A stretch of 64,000 bases of DNA. Source: an uncultured delta proteobacterium (GTDB lineage: Bacteria > Desulfobacterota > Binatia > UBA9968). A program made the position numbers and the translations under genes. The notes beneath the pieces were generated by a model. That model was not told the DNA's origin. It worked only from the letters and a program-made list of their open reading frames with translations, and did no database searches. Below are positions 38,620 to 48,610 of the stretch, piece by piece; within the stretch, counting starts at the first letter, position 1; every line of letters starts with the position of its first letter. The stretch covers positions 32,001-96,000 of the forward strand of contig CAVTUQ010000027.1 of assembly GCA_963737905.1 (NCBI GenBank), in the 5' to 3' direction.

Positions 38620-38703
38620 ATGAGTGAACTTCTCGACGTGGCGTTACAAGCGCACGGCGGCCTCCAACGCTGGCGTGAAGCCCAAATTCAGGGGAACGAA
38701 TGA
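38620..38703 (+). pseudogene. N-terminal fragment of a conserved hypothetical protein
   Basis: SD aaggag; MSELLDVALQAHGGLQRWRE then a stop after 27 codons. Confidence 0.45.
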
Positions 38704-38768
38704 TGAGAGCAATGTGCGCCGAGTCGTTCACGGGGTGCGGAGGTCTGAAGCATCAAAGAGGCATGAAC

Positions 38769-39134
38769 ATGTCACGGTGTATTTTCAAAAGTGTCTCGTT
38801 GCTGACATTGAGCCTAGTCATTTGCTGCGGCTTATATCTGCTATCACCATGGGTCATCGGTCAGCCTCTTTTTCCCTTTCAGGCGAATGGCAGCATGCTG
38901 GCCGGCCCTGACAGTAACACTGTCGGTTCGCGCCAGATCGCCCAACCGTTTACCAAGGACGGATACTTTCAATCTCGCCCGTCCGCCGCGTCTTACGAGG
39001 CGTCAGCCTCGACCTCGTCGACAGCGACTGCATCGAACAACTTCTTCCATCCGCAGAATCGCGACTTCGGCGTCGCAGAGACTCCATTGTTACAGCGCCC
39101 AGCCCGAAGGGTCTGCCATTTTTACGATTGTTAA
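38769..39134 (+). pseudogene. kdpC: Truncated KdpC (K+-ATPase C chain) remnant
   Basis: IGQPLFPFQANGS..VGSRQIAQPFTKDGYFQSRPSA; C-terminal half lost; no kdpA or kdpB. Confidence 0.7.
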
Positions 39135-39210
39135 CTCGGTCAGAGGAACTGCGAGAGGGTCCGGTCTTGCCCATGGCAGGTTCACCGGCGCACCCTTTAC
39201 CGAGAAGAGC

Positions 39211-39243
39211 CTCGCCGCCGTCGATGTGCGGGTCATCCGCAAG
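39211..39243 (+). repeat. Diverged direct repeat of the acetate-CoA ligase 3' end (att-like)
   Basis: 28/33 identical to 38313-38345; identical 15-bp core gccgtcgatgtgcgg. Confidence 0.7.
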
Positions 39244-39281
39244 AGAATTTCTTTCGCAGTTTTACAGCAGCGGGCTCAGGC

Positions 39282-39917
39282 TTATCGTTCAATAACCAGT
39301 TGGTTACCGAGCTCGTCCTGATCGTCCGGCGGGCGGGGAAAGTGTTGGGCCAGAATATCACCGCAACGCTCGATGGCTTTGCAGTAGGCTTCGCACGCCT
39401 TGCCGGACTTTAAGCCGGCGGTAAGGATCTGAACCACTTCATCCCAAGTTCCAGCCGGAACTTTGTCATTGATGCCTCTGTCCGCGAGGACTTCTGCCCA
39501 ATGTTCAAACAGAGAGGCGAGAATCAATATCCCGGTATGCGCTCGGGTGTAATGCAGCCCTTGCGCAGTGAAGGCCGCCAGGCTTCTTAGGTGGACCGCC
39601 TCTGCGATTCGGCCGTTGGGAATCAAGGTCCTCTTTACAGCGGGGATAGCGCAGAATATAGATCCCAATGCCGCGCCCGCGAGGGGCCAGAGGAGTTGCG
39701 AATGGATGGATGCCCAAGGGTCTTGAAAGACGAACGACGCGAGTGTGCCCGCGACTAGCCCGACACCCATTCCGGCAATCTCAATCTCAGCATAGCGGGC
39801 ACTTGCGCCTACGAGCATGGGTACGATCTCGCCGGCCGTTCGTTGTTCGGCGGTAACCACGGCTTGGCGAATGCGTTCCTGTTCCTCTGGCGTGAAAAAA
39901 GTTTCCGCATTGATCAT
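39282..39917 (-). CDS. TPM domain membrane protein
   Basis: AEQRTAGEIV, GLHYTRAHTGILI, LADRGI. Confidence 0.85.
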   Translation of the reverse strand: MINAETFFTPEEQERIRQAVVTAEQRTAGEIVPMLVGASARYAEIEIAGMGVGLVAGTLASFVFQDPWASIHSQLLWPLAGAALGSIFCAIPAVKRTLIPNGRIAEAVHLRSLAAFTAQGLHYTRAHTGILILASLFEHWAEVLADRGINDKVPAGTWDEVVQILTAGLKSGKACEAYCKAIERCGDILAQHFPRPPDDQDELGNQLVIER

Positions 39918-39918
39918 C

Positions 39919-40842
39919 TTACCAACTCCCCGAAGCACCGCCGCCCCCGAAACCCCCGCCTCCACCACTGAACCCACCACCACCACCTCCGCCACCGCCA
40001 AAACCTCCTCCACCGAAACCTCCGGGAAAAGCACCCCCTCCCCAATCTCCTCGTCGAGATCTTGATCTGCCTACCCATTGATTTCCCGCAGATCCTGTAC
40101 CCAGAGCAGCGCCTATGGCTCCTAGCAGGGCTCCGACAATGAGGGCTGGGAGCAAAACTAGTCCGAGCCCTCCCGAAGCGAATAACGAAGTGACCAGCCC
40201 GGAAGCTGCTCCTCCGAAAGCGCCACCCAATAATCTGCGTCGCGTCATGCCAATAAAAAGAGCAAGCATGGCGGTGATCATGAGGATCGTTATGAGTGAC
40301 GCGCCCTGAGAACTGCCCGGAGCCGGCCGGGCTCGTTCCGGCAATTTTTCCCCTTTGGTGACTGTGAGAATCGTATCGACCCCGGCTTCAATCCCGCCCG
40401 CAAAGTCTCCGGATCGAAAGCGCGGGGTGATCACTTCCCGAATGATGCGACTGGCGATGGCATCCGGCATGACTCCTTCGAGTCCGTAGCCGACCTCAAT
40501 ACGCAGCTTTCGATCGTCACGAGCGATGAGGAGTATCGCGCCGTTATCGAAGCCTTTCTTGCCAATTTTCCAGGCCTCGGCGACGCGGATGCTAAAGTCT
40601 TCGAGACTGTCACCTTTCAGGCTGGGGATGGTTAGAACTGCGATTTGATGCCCGGTTTCTGCCTCAAAGCGGGCGAGGCGCTCTTCAAGCGCCCGTGCTT
40701 TGTCGGCGGGGATCAATCCTGCATAGTCGTTTATCCTTCCCCGCAGCGGCGGAACGTCTAATGCCAGGGCGAGTGAAAGGATTGTCGGCGCTAGCAGAGA
40801 GACAAGCCCGGCGAGATACAACCGTGCTTTGCGCAGCTTCAT
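39919..40842 (-). CDS. TPM domain protein (YgcG-like) with Gly-rich tail
   Basis: RIEVGYGLEG, GGGFGGGGASGSW end. Confidence 0.9.
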   Translation of the reverse strand: MKLRKARLYLAGLVSLLAPTILSLALALDVPPLRGRINDYAGLIPADKARALEERLARFEAETGHQIAVLTIPSLKGDSLEDFSIRVAEAWKIGKKGFDNGAILLIARDDRKLRIEVGYGLEGVMPDAIASRIIREVITPRFRSGDFAGGIEAGVDTILTVTKGEKLPERARPAPGSSQGASLITILMITAMLALFIGMTRRRLLGGAFGGAASGLVTSLFASGGLGLVLLPALIVGALLGAIGAALGTGSAGNQWVGRSRSRRGDWGGGAFPGGFGGGGFGGGGGGGGGFSGGGGGFGGGGASGSW

Positions 40843-40849
40843 CTGCTGC

Positions 40850-41446
40850 TTAGAATTTCACCTGCGGAGGCTTCGCTGCACCCTCGTCGGCGCTGAAAGT
40901 CTCTCGCTCTTTGAGCCCAAGCAGATATTTTGCCGTCAGGTTGGTCGGGAAGAAGCGGATCCCTTTGTTGTATTCGGCAACACTTTCGACGTAGCGTTTG
41001 CGGGCGACCGCGATGCGGTTCTCTGTTCCTTCTAATTGAGCCTGTAGATCTCGGAAATTCTGATTCGCTTTGAGTTCGGGATAGCGCTCTACCACTAACA
41101 TGAGGCGGGAAAGGGCACCGGAGAGGTTGCGTTGGGCCTCTTCGAATTTCTTGAAGGTTGCGGGATCGCTAAGAGCTTGCGCATCCAGTTTGATCGAGGT
41201 CGCTTGTGCCCTTGCCTCGATAACTTTCTGCAAAGTCTCTTGCTCAAACTGGGACGCGCCCTTTACTGTTGAGACGAGGTTGGGGATCAAGTCAGCACGG
41301 CGTTGATATTGATTCTGGACTTCAGCCCAAGCAGCTTTGACCTGTTCATCCAAACCTTGGAGTTGGTTGTAACCACAGCCGGATATGAAAAATGCGGCTA
41401 GACCCATAACTAGAAAATAGTTTCGTCCTCGCGCGATTTTGCGCAT
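40850..41446 (-). CDS. lemA: LemA family protein
   Basis: YQRRADLIPNLV, ERYPELKAN, LEGTENRIAVAR. Confidence 0.93.
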   Translation of the reverse strand: MRKIARGRNYFLVMGLAAFFISGCGYNQLQGLDEQVKAAWAEVQNQYQRRADLIPNLVSTVKGASQFEQETLQKVIEARAQATSIKLDAQALSDPATFKKFEEAQRNLSGALSRLMLVVERYPELKANQNFRDLQAQLEGTENRIAVARKRYVESVAEYNKGIRFFPTNLTAKYLLGLKERETFSADEGAAKPPQVKF

Positions 41447-41581
41447 AGTTCTCTCCTTCTCGGTATATTGAGATAATCAGATCCAGACCCTTCTATCTCA
41501 AAGGGTACTGACCTTGTCAAGGAAAGGAGTTTGATGATGACTCTAGGATCCAGATGCAAGCGGTTAGAGATTATAAGACAG

Positions 41582-41610
41582 CAAGGGCCCGGCGGCGACG
41601 CGGGCCCTTG
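41582..41610 (-). terminator. GC-rich hairpin, possible terminator after the permease
   Basis: caagggcccg / cgggcccttg 10-bp stem; weak U-tract. Confidence 0.45.
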
Positions 41611-41649
41611 AACGGAGGCAGGTGAGTCAAAACGGTAGGACCCAATCGG

Positions 41650-42501
41650 TTATTCAACCGATCCCACTTTCGGACGCCACTTATCAAACCGCCTTTCCAC
41701 CCTCGTCAGCAGATCCATACCGATCATCCCGGTCAGCGCAAAAACGAGGACGCCGACAAAGACCTTATCGGTTTGGAAGGTGGCACCCGCCACAGTGATC
41801 ATGAAACCGATCCCGGCGGTAGCAGCATAAAGTTCTCCTACCATGACACCCACGATAGCCCGTCCAAGTCCTAACCTTAAACCGGTGAGGATGAAAGGGA
41901 TGGTCGAGGGAAGCACGACGGTCCTAAAGAGCATCCACTCGGAAGCGCCGAAACTCTTGGCGGCCGTGAGAAGGTTGTAAGGCGTCGTCTTCACCCCGTC
42001 GCGCGTATTGATCAACATCGGGAAGACTGCGCCGAGAAAGATAATACCAACCTTCGAGAGTATTCCGATCCCCAACCAGATGATGACCAATGGCAGAAGT
42101 GCGACGCGCGGGGTCGCGTTCATCGCGTTGATGAAGGGGTCGAATATGTAACTGGCTCTCTTGTACCAGCCGACCATGATCCCAAAGGGGATAGCGACAG
42201 CAGCCGAAAGAAAATAGCCCCAGAAGAGTTCGATGCCGCTAACGTAAAGGTCGTTGTAGATCTCGCCCGACGAAAAGAGCTGAACGGCCGCCTTCCAAAC
42301 GAGCGAGGGGGCGCTCATGAACATGGGATTGATCAACTGAAAGGTATTTCCGACCAGCTCCCAGACGACGAGGAAGGTGATCACCGCGGCGCTACCGAGG
42401 ATTTTCTTTTCGTGGTTCAGGTAGAACTTGTAAAGGCGAGAGGCTTCGGCAACCTTAATGTCAAAAAGCAGCTCCTGAGCGGATTCGTTTTGATCAGCCA
42501 T
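41650..42501 (-). CDS. NitT/TauT-family ABC permease (no adjacent ATPase or SBP)
   Basis: PRVALLPL, AAKSFGAS, VGELY. Confidence 0.88.
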   Translation of the reverse strand: MADQNESAQELLFDIKVAEASRLYKFYLNHEKKILGSAAVITFLVVWELVGNTFQLINPMFMSAPSLVWKAAVQLFSSGEIYNDLYVSGIELFWGYFLSAAVAIPFGIMVGWYKRASYIFDPFINAMNATPRVALLPLVIIWLGIGILSKVGIIFLGAVFPMLINTRDGVKTTPYNLLTAAKSFGASEWMLFRTVVLPSTIPFILTGLRLGLGRAIVGVMVGELYAATAGIGFMITVAGATFQTDKVFVGVLVFALTGMIGMDLLTRVERRFDKWRPKVGSVE

Positions 42502-42994
42502 GGCGTTTATCCTTTCGTGAAGTTTTTGCGACTTTTGGACTGAGTGAATCGGAGTGAGTCTCGTTATGATCGGTCGAACTGGATTCCTGGATGAGGCTTT
42601 GCAGTACCTTCACGAACGGCGGACCCGCAGACTGAAGTTCCTGCAAGTGATGCAGTGAAAGCCGCTTGAGAAACTCTTCGCCGTCGTGAGTTAGCTTTAT
42701 TAGGACTTGTCGCTTGTCGTCTGTGGACCGCAGTCGCAACAAAAAGTTCCGTTCGACGAGACGATCGATCAATTCGACGGTGCTGTGGTGCTGGAGCTGC
42801 ATTCTTTCCGCCAGCACACCGATAGTCGGCTTGAGCGCGTCGGGCAGACCCCTGACGGCCAAGAGCAATTGGTGCTGTTGCGGCTCGATTCCGGCTTGTC
42901 GCGCCGCGTTTTCGCTGAAGCGCAAAAACCGGCGGATCTGGTAGCGCAATTCGGCCATCGCTTTGTAATTCGCTTGTCGGGGGATCCGGGGCAT
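42494..42994 (-). CDS. MarR family transcriptional regulator
   Basis: LAERMQLQHHSTVELIDRL..DDKRQVLIKLT. Confidence 0.88.
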   Translation of the reverse strand: MPRIPRQANYKAMAELRYQIRRFLRFSENAARQAGIEPQQHQLLLAVRGLPDALKPTIGVLAERMQLQHHSTVELIDRLVERNFLLRLRSTDDKRQVLIKLTHDGEEFLKRLSLHHLQELQSAGPPFVKVLQSLIQESSSTDHNETHSDSLSPKVAKTSRKDKRHG

Positions 42995-42996
42995 AT

Positions 42997-43029
42997 ATAT
43001 CGGTTAACGATATTATCGTGACACGACAC
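42997..43029. promoter_or_regulatory. Tandem palindromic operators upstream of the MarR gene
   Basis: ATATCG-N5-CGATAT (42997-43013) and TTATCG-N5-CGACAC (43013-43029). Confidence 0.6.
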
Positions 43030-43251
43030 ATATTCCTTTAACTCTACTTTGTCAAGTTCGAATATTGGCCCGAGCGTGCCGTTCGGTGCGTGCCAGGGTG
43101 ACGCAACAAAGACGCCAGCTAGGCGGGGGTTCGCTTTTTGTTGACAGAAGGCCAAAGCGGGTTCCCACTCGCGCTAAGACCGCTGAAAAGTAAAGCTTTG
43201 TTGACTTCGGCGGATTTTTCCTTTAAAAAAAAGACTTTGGGAATGTTACCT

Positions 43252-43566
43252 ATGAAGTATGCAGTCATTAGAACAGGTGGGAAGCAGTACCGTGTCTCCG
43301 AAGGGCAGCTTGTCAAAGTCGAGAAGCTCGCGGGTGCGGTGGGTGACACGGTGACATTGGCTGATGTGTTGTTCATTGGCGGCAATGGCGAAGTCAAAAT
43401 CGGCTCGCCGTTGGTATCCAACGCTACGGTGACGGGCGAGATCGTCAGTCAGGCTAGAGCAAAGAAAATACTGGTCTTCAAAAAGAAAAGGCGCAAAAGT
43501 TATAGCCGCCAGCACGGCCACCGCCAGTATCAAACAACTCTAAAGATCACGGCAATCGAAGCCTAA
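43252..43566 (+). CDS. rplU: 50S ribosomal protein L21
   Basis: MKYAVIRTGGKQYRV, GHRQ. Confidence 0.97.
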   Translation: MKYAVIRTGGKQYRVSEGQLVKVEKLAGAVGDTVTLADVLFIGGNGEVKIGSPLVSNATVTGEIVSQARAKKILVFKKKRRKSYSRQHGHRQYQTTLKITAIEA

Positions 43567-43577
43567 AGGAGCAGTGA

Positions 43578-43832
43578 ATGGCCCATAAGAAAGCCGGGGG
43601 AAGTTCCCGTAACGGACGCGACAGCCAAGGGCAGAGACGAGGGGTTAAGGTATTCGGCGGCGAAACAGTGCGGGCCGGCAATATTATTGTTCGCCAACTG
43701 GGTACTCGTATCCACCCGGGGAAAAACGTGGGTATGGGTCGGGACTTTACGTTGTTCGCCAAGGTCGACGGAATCGTCAAGTACGATCGCCTCGACAAGG
43801 AACGCAAGCGGGTTAACGTAACGCCTGCCTAG
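43578..43832 (+). CDS. rpmA: 50S ribosomal protein L27
   Basis: [16 protein letters not shown]. Confidence 0.98.
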   Translation: MAHKKAGGSSRNGRDSQGQRRGVKVFGGETVRAGNIIVRQLGTRIHPGKNVGMGRDFTLFAKVDGIVKYDRLDKERKRVNVTPA

Positions 43833-43851
43833 CGTGGCGTAGTGTGAATCG

Positions 43852-43878
43852 AAAAGCCCCTTACGGGGCTTTTTTTTT
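43852..43878 (+). terminator. Rho-independent terminator
   Basis: aaaagcccc-ttac-ggggc followed by a T9 run. Confidence 0.88.
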
Positions 43879-43915
43879 GCCCGCATAAAGGCAATGATGG
43901 GCCCGCGGGTGGCAA

Positions 43916-44956
43916 ATGAAGTTCATTGACGAAGTAAAAATCCGCGTCATCGCGGGTGACGGCGGGCGGGGCTGCGTCAGTTTCCGGCGCGAAAAATTCG
44001 TCCCTCGCGGCGGCCCCAATGGCGGCAATGGTGGAAAAGGTGGAGACGTCATTGCCTTGGCCGATCCGCAGCTTACGACGCTTCTGGACCTGCGCTACCA
44101 AAAACAGTACAAGGCGGGTCGCGGCGAGCATGGATTGGGGAAAGATCAGCACGGAAAAACGGGCGAAGACCGGATCATCAAGGTTCCCGTCGGCACCATC
44201 ATTCGAGATGCCGGAACCGGTGAACTACTGGGAGATTTAAAGGAGGCTCAGCAACAAGTTGTCGTGGCCGCCGGTGGCCGAGGGGGCAAGGGCAACGCCC
44301 ATTTCGTTTCGTCGACTCATCGAAGTCCGCGCTTCGCCCAACCCGGCGAGCCGGGGGAAGACAAGGAATTAGAAATCGAGCTCAGGTTGTTGGCCGACGT
44401 TGGTATTATCGGCCTACCTAATGCCGGAAAATCAACCTTGATCGCCGCGATTTCCGCCGTGCGACCGAAGATTGCCGACTATCCATTCACGACTCTGGTG
44501 CCCAACCTGGGTGTCGTCGGCTATGGGGATGGGAAGAGTTTTGTGGTAGCGGATATTCCCGGACTTATCGAAGGGGCGCACGAAGGCCACGGGTTGGGAG
44601 ACAAGTTTTTGCGGCATGTGACGCGGACGAGTTTGTTGATTCATTTGCTGGATGCATCGAATATCGATGAAAAAGATCCGATCGCCCAGTGGAGGACCGT
44701 CAACCGGGAGCTCGAACTGTTCGATCCGGAGCTGGGGAAAAAACCACAGCTCGTTGTGGCCAACAAAATCGACCTGCCGGCGGGAAAAAACGGAGCGGAA
44801 CTTCTGGCGAAACAATTGCCGAAGGGCTACCAGCCGCCGCACACCATTTCCGCTGCAACGATGGAGGGGGTGCGAAGGTTAGTGCAGTATCTTGGGATGA
44901 GATTGGAAGAGATCAAGAGACAAGATGAAACCGCCCATGAGGCAGCTGGATTATAA
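43916..44956 (+). CDS. obgE: GTPase ObgE
   Basis: SFRREKFVPRGGP, GLPNAGKST, DIPGLIEGA. Confidence 0.96.
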   Translation: MKFIDEVKIRVIAGDGGRGCVSFRREKFVPRGGPNGGNGGKGGDVIALADPQLTTLLDLRYQKQYKAGRGEHGLGKDQHGKTGEDRIIKVPVGTIIRDAGTGELLGDLKEAQQQVVVAAGGRGGKGNAHFVSSTHRSPRFAQPGEPGEDKELEIELRLLADVGIIGLPNAGKSTLIAAISAVRPKIADYPFTTLVPNLGVVGYGDGKSFVVADIPGLIEGAHEGHGLGDKFLRHVTRTSLLIHLLDASNIDEKDPIAQWRTVNRELELFDPELGKKPQLVVANKIDLPAGKNGAELLAKQLPKGYQPPHTISAATMEGVRRLVQYLGMRLEEIKRQDETAHEAAGL

Positions 44957-46073
44957 GAAGCAGATCTTGCGCCGCGCCCGCCGCGTTATTGTCAAAATCG
45001 GGAGTCAAATCCTCTCGTCACAAAATGGGATGGAGGAGGGGCGGCTAAAGGACTTGGTGCGCGATCTCGCAGCTCTCCATGATCAAAAAAAAGACCTTAT
45101 TGTGGTGAGCTCCGGCGCGGTCTCCGCAGGAATGACGCGCCTCGGCGTCAAAGAGAGACCCAGGACCATTCCACAGAAACAGGCATTGGCCGCAGTCGGC
45201 CAGATCAAACTGATGGCGATGTACGAGCGCTATTTCTCGCGTTTCGAGAAGAATGTTGCGCAGGTGCTGTTGACCCACGAAGATCTTGCGAATCGTCAAC
45301 GCTATTTGAACGCAAAGCATACCTTTCAAATGTTGCTGGAATCGTCGATCATCCCCATCGTCAATGAGAATGACACGGTGGCGGTGGAGGAAATGAAGTT
45401 CGGGGATAACGACCATTTATCCGCTCTTGTGGCAACCCTGCTTGAAGCGGATCTGCTGGTGATTCTAAGCGACGTTCAAGGGGTTTATGACCGAGATCCT
45501 AGAGTTTATAGCGACGCTGAATGGATTGCTTTGATAACCGACATTAAAGAGACGGCGCGGAAAATCAGCGGCGAGAGCCAAAGCCCGTTTGGGACCGGCG
45601 GCATTGCGACGAAGCTGGATGCCGCGGAGAAGGCGGCGGCGGCGGGAATTCCGACCTTGATTAGCAGCGGCCTGCAAGCCGGAGCGCTTAGCCGGGTCTT
45701 TGATTCAACTGAGGAAGTGGGCACGCTGATCATTCCCGACGAGAATCGTTTGACCATTCGAAAGCACTGGATCGCCTACAATCTAAAACCCGCGGGCGAG
45801 ATCGTTGTCGATGAGGGCGCCCATGACGCTGTCGTCAGCCGGGGAAAAAGCTTGTTACCCTCCGGTTTGAAGGAAATTCGCGGTTCCTTTGGTGTGGGTG
45901 AATGTGTGCGCTGTCTTGATCCACAGGGACGAGAGTTCGCCCGCGGCTTGGTCAATTACAACGCCCAGGAGTTGAATCAGATCAAAGGATTGCATACAAG
46001 CAAGATTGACAAAGTCCTGGGCTACAAGGCTTACGACGAGATTATTCACCGGGATGATCTTGTGATTCTATAG
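44937..46073 (+). CDS. proB: Glutamate 5-kinase
   Basis: VKIGS, NENDTV, FGDNDHL, PUA domain; start 44925 or 44937. Confidence 0.95.
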   Translation: MRQLDYKKQILRRARRVIVKIGSQILSSQNGMEEGRLKDLVRDLAALHDQKKDLIVVSSGAVSAGMTRLGVKERPRTIPQKQALAAVGQIKLMAMYERYFSRFEKNVAQVLLTHEDLANRQRYLNAKHTFQMLLESSIIPIVNENDTVAVEEMKFGDNDHLSALVATLLEADLLVILSDVQGVYDRDPRVYSDAEWIALITDIKETARKISGESQSPFGTGGIATKLDAAEKAAAAGIPTLISSGLQAGALSRVFDSTEEVGTLIIPDENRLTIRKHWIAYNLKPAGEIVVDEGAHDAVVSRGKSLLPSGLKEIRGSFGVGECVRCLDPQGREFARGLVNYNAQELNQIKGLHTSKIDKVLGYKAYDEIIHRDDLVIL

Positions 46074-46076
46074 AGC

Positions 46077-47348
46077 ATGTCCATTAAGCAGGAATCCATA
46101 GAAGACGAAGCGATCCGCTTGGCTAAGCAGGCCAAGGCGGCGTCTCGGCAACTGGCGCCGATCTCTTCAGCCGAAAAAAACCGCGCCCTCCATTTGATGG
46201 CGGACCGGCTCGAGGCGCAAAGCGATTACCTCCTCGAAGAAAACAAGAAAGACCTGGACGCCGCGAAGAAAGCGGGTGCCTCCGGCGCCCTGCTCGACCG
46301 AATTGCGCTCGATCCCGGTCGGGTTTACGGGATGGCGAAAGGCCTTCGAGACGTTGCCGTCTTGCCTGATCCCGTGCGCGAGGTCGTGAAAATGTGGCGG
46401 CGGCCCAACGGGCTACAAGTCGGGAGGATGCGAATCCCGCTTGGTGTCATCGCTATCATTTACGAGGCGCGGCCGAATGTTACGGCGGACGCAGCGGCGC
46501 TGTGCCTCAAGTCCGGCAATGCCGTCATTCTCAGAGGCGGTAGCGAGGCGCATTTTTCCAATCATGCGATCGGGCAGATCTTAAGAAAGGCTTGTGCAGA
46601 GACGCGTGTGCCGCGGGAGGCGGTGCAAATTGTCCAGACTAAAGACCATGCTTTCGTCAAGCAGCTGCTCCAGCTGGAAGAATACATTGACCTGGTTATC
46701 CCGCGGGGTGGCGAAGAACTGATTCGGACCGTGGCCGGCCATTCGAAGGTGCCGGTGATTAAGCACTACAAGGGGGTATGTCACATCTACGTCGATGCCG
46801 ACGCTTCCCTGGAGATGGCGGAGCGTATTTGCATGAACGCTAAAGTGCAGCGCCCATCGGTGTGCAACGCCATGGAGACACTTCTTGTGCATGAAGCGAT
46901 AGCGGCCACATTGTTACCTTCTTTGATTGCCAAATATCAAGCCGCGGGGGTGGAAATCCGGGGGTGTGAAAAAACCTGCGCTCTGGTTGCCGGAGTTAAA
47001 AAAGCCACGGAGGCGGACTGGAACACCGAGTACCTTGATCTGATTCTCTCGATACGAGTCGTAAAAGATATGGATGAAGCCATCGATCACATTCAGCGCT
47101 ACGGCTCTGAGCATACAGAGAGTATCGTCACCACTAGTTATCAGAGCTCGAGAGATTTTATCGATCGAGTGAATTCATCCGCGGTCATGGTCAACGCTTC
47201 TACCCGGTTTAACGATGGGGGCGAATTGGGGTTGGGCGCGGAGATCGGCATCAGCACGAGCAAGATTCACGCCTTCGGGCCCATGGGATTGGAAGAGCTG
47301 ACGACGACCAAGTTTGTTGTGTTGGGGGATGGGCAGATCCGGGAATGA
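46077..47348 (+). CDS. proA: Gamma-glutamyl phosphate reductase
   Basis: YEARPNVT, VCNAMET, NASTRFNDG. Confidence 0.96.
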   Translation: MSIKQESIEDEAIRLAKQAKAASRQLAPISSAEKNRALHLMADRLEAQSDYLLEENKKDLDAAKKAGASGALLDRIALDPGRVYGMAKGLRDVAVLPDPVREVVKMWRRPNGLQVGRMRIPLGVIAIIYEARPNVTADAAALCLKSGNAVILRGGSEAHFSNHAIGQILRKACAETRVPREAVQIVQTKDHAFVKQLLQLEEYIDLVIPRGGEELIRTVAGHSKVPVIKHYKGVCHIYVDADASLEMAERICMNAKVQRPSVCNAMETLLVHEAIAATLLPSLIAKYQAAGVEIRGCEKTCALVAGVKKATEADWNTEYLDLILSIRVVKDMDEAIDHIQRYGSEHTESIVTTSYQSSRDFIDRVNSSAVMVNASTRFNDGGELGLGAEIGISTSKIHAFGPMGLEELTTTKFVVLGDGQIRE

Positions 47349-47384
47349 CGACTCCCCTGAGAAAAACCCACCCTCCCTTCGTCA

Positions 47385-47418
47385 GTTTCAGTTTCGAGTT
47401 TCGGGTTTCGAGTTCGAA
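47385..47418. repeat. 7-mer tandem repeat GTTTCG(A/G)
   Basis: Units at 47391, 47398, 47405 and 47412. Confidence 0.7.
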
Positions 47419-47537
47419 AAGGGTTCGAAGATCAATCCTTCTGGTCCCGGCGGTGACGTTCTAGCCCACGCAATGTTCGTGCGCCTCGCATCTGGAAACT
47501 TTGTGAGCGGTCTGCACCGGAAACGAATCAATACCCC

Positions 47538-48200
47538 ATGAGGATCGGTCTTTTCGGCGGCACTTTCGATCCGATTCATTGGGGCCATCTTCGCAGCGCC
47601 GAAGAGGTGAGCGAAAGCTTTGATCTAGATCGTGTCCTTTTTATTCCTGCCTCGATTCCGCCTCACAAGAGAGGGCAAACGACGACGCCGGCACGGGACC
47701 GCCTGGCGATGGTTCGTTTGGCGGTGGCAAAGAATCCCCGCTTTGAGGTATCGACGGTGGAGATTGCGCGGCCCGGCGTTTCCTATTCCATCGATACGGT
47801 CCGCCATTTCGCCAAACGAAAACGCCAGGGCGATTCACTTTTTTTTATCATTGGTCTCGATGCCTTCCGGGAAATCGGCTCCTGGAAGGACTTTGCAGGG
47901 ATTTTTCCGCTTTGTGATTTTATTGTGACTTCCCGGCCTGGCAGTAAAGACAGCGATCCGCTTCGCGGCACCGGCGTTGCCGTAAAAAAACTCTTTTGTT
48001 ATGATTTTAAAGGGAGACACTATCGACACGGGAGCGGCAGCCGCGTTTTCTTTATTAAACTAACGGATATCTCTATTTCAGCATCGGATATAAGAGGGCG
48101 AGTAAAGGAAGGTAAGTCTATTCGGTACTTGGTGCCTTCGAGAGTTGAGACTTATATTAAAAAACAAGGCCTCTATCGAAATCACCGGGAGGAGCGTTAA
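47538..48200 (+). CDS. nadD: Nicotinate-nucleotide adenylyltransferase
   Basis: GGTFDPIHWGH, ISASDIR. Confidence 0.95.
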   Translation: MRIGLFGGTFDPIHWGHLRSAEEVSESFDLDRVLFIPASIPPHKRGQTTTPARDRLAMVRLAVAKNPRFEVSTVEIARPGVSYSIDTVRHFAKRKRQGDSLFFIIGLDAFREIGSWKDFAGIFPLCDFIVTSRPGSKDSDPLRGTGVAVKKLFCYDFKGRHYRHGSGSRVFFIKLTDISISASDIRGRVKEGKSIRYLVPSRVETYIKKQGLYRNHREER

Positions 48201-48205
48201 AGGCT

Positions 48206-48610
48206 TTGGCAGCGATTAGCTCCTGGGACAAAGTCCTTCTCCTGACGCGATTCGCCTTGGAGAAAAAGGCCCGTGATCTCGTCGTGATGGAAGTCCGCGA
48301 ACTGACTTCCATCGCAGACTATTTCATTATCTGTTCAGGGAGTTCCGATCGACAGGTTCAGAGCATTGCCCAAGGGGTCGAAGAGAATTTAAGCGAGGCC
48401 GGTCATTCCCCGCTGTCTGTGGAAGGCGCCCATCGCGGCCATTGGGTGTTAATGGATTTTTCCGACGTCATCGTGCACATTTTCTACGAACCGGTGCGCG
48501 AGTTCTACGATCTCGAAGGACTGTGGGGGCACGCACCCCGCGTTGAGCTGCCCGAGCCTTATTCAAAATTGGTCGACCAGTTTCAAGCCGCGGATCACCA
48601 GCTATCGTAA
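48206..48610 (+). CDS. rsfS: Ribosome silencing factor
   Basis: ADYFIICSG, WVLMDFSDVIVHIF..REFYDLEGLW. Confidence 0.95.
   Translation: MAAISSWDKVLLLTRFALEKKARDLVVMEVRELTSIADYFIICSGSSDRQVQSIAQGVEENLSEAGHSPLSVEGAHRGHWVLMDFSDVIVHIFYEPVREFYDLEGLWGHAPRVELPEPYSKLVDQFQAADHQLS

Noticed and set aside
39919-40050. GGN-rich low-complexity tract as a repeat element
   Set aside because: Normal Gly-rich tail of YgcG/TPM proteins
43060-43250. L21 leader or other ncRNA upstream of rplU
   Set aside because: No recognisable structure by eye; would need an Rfam scan
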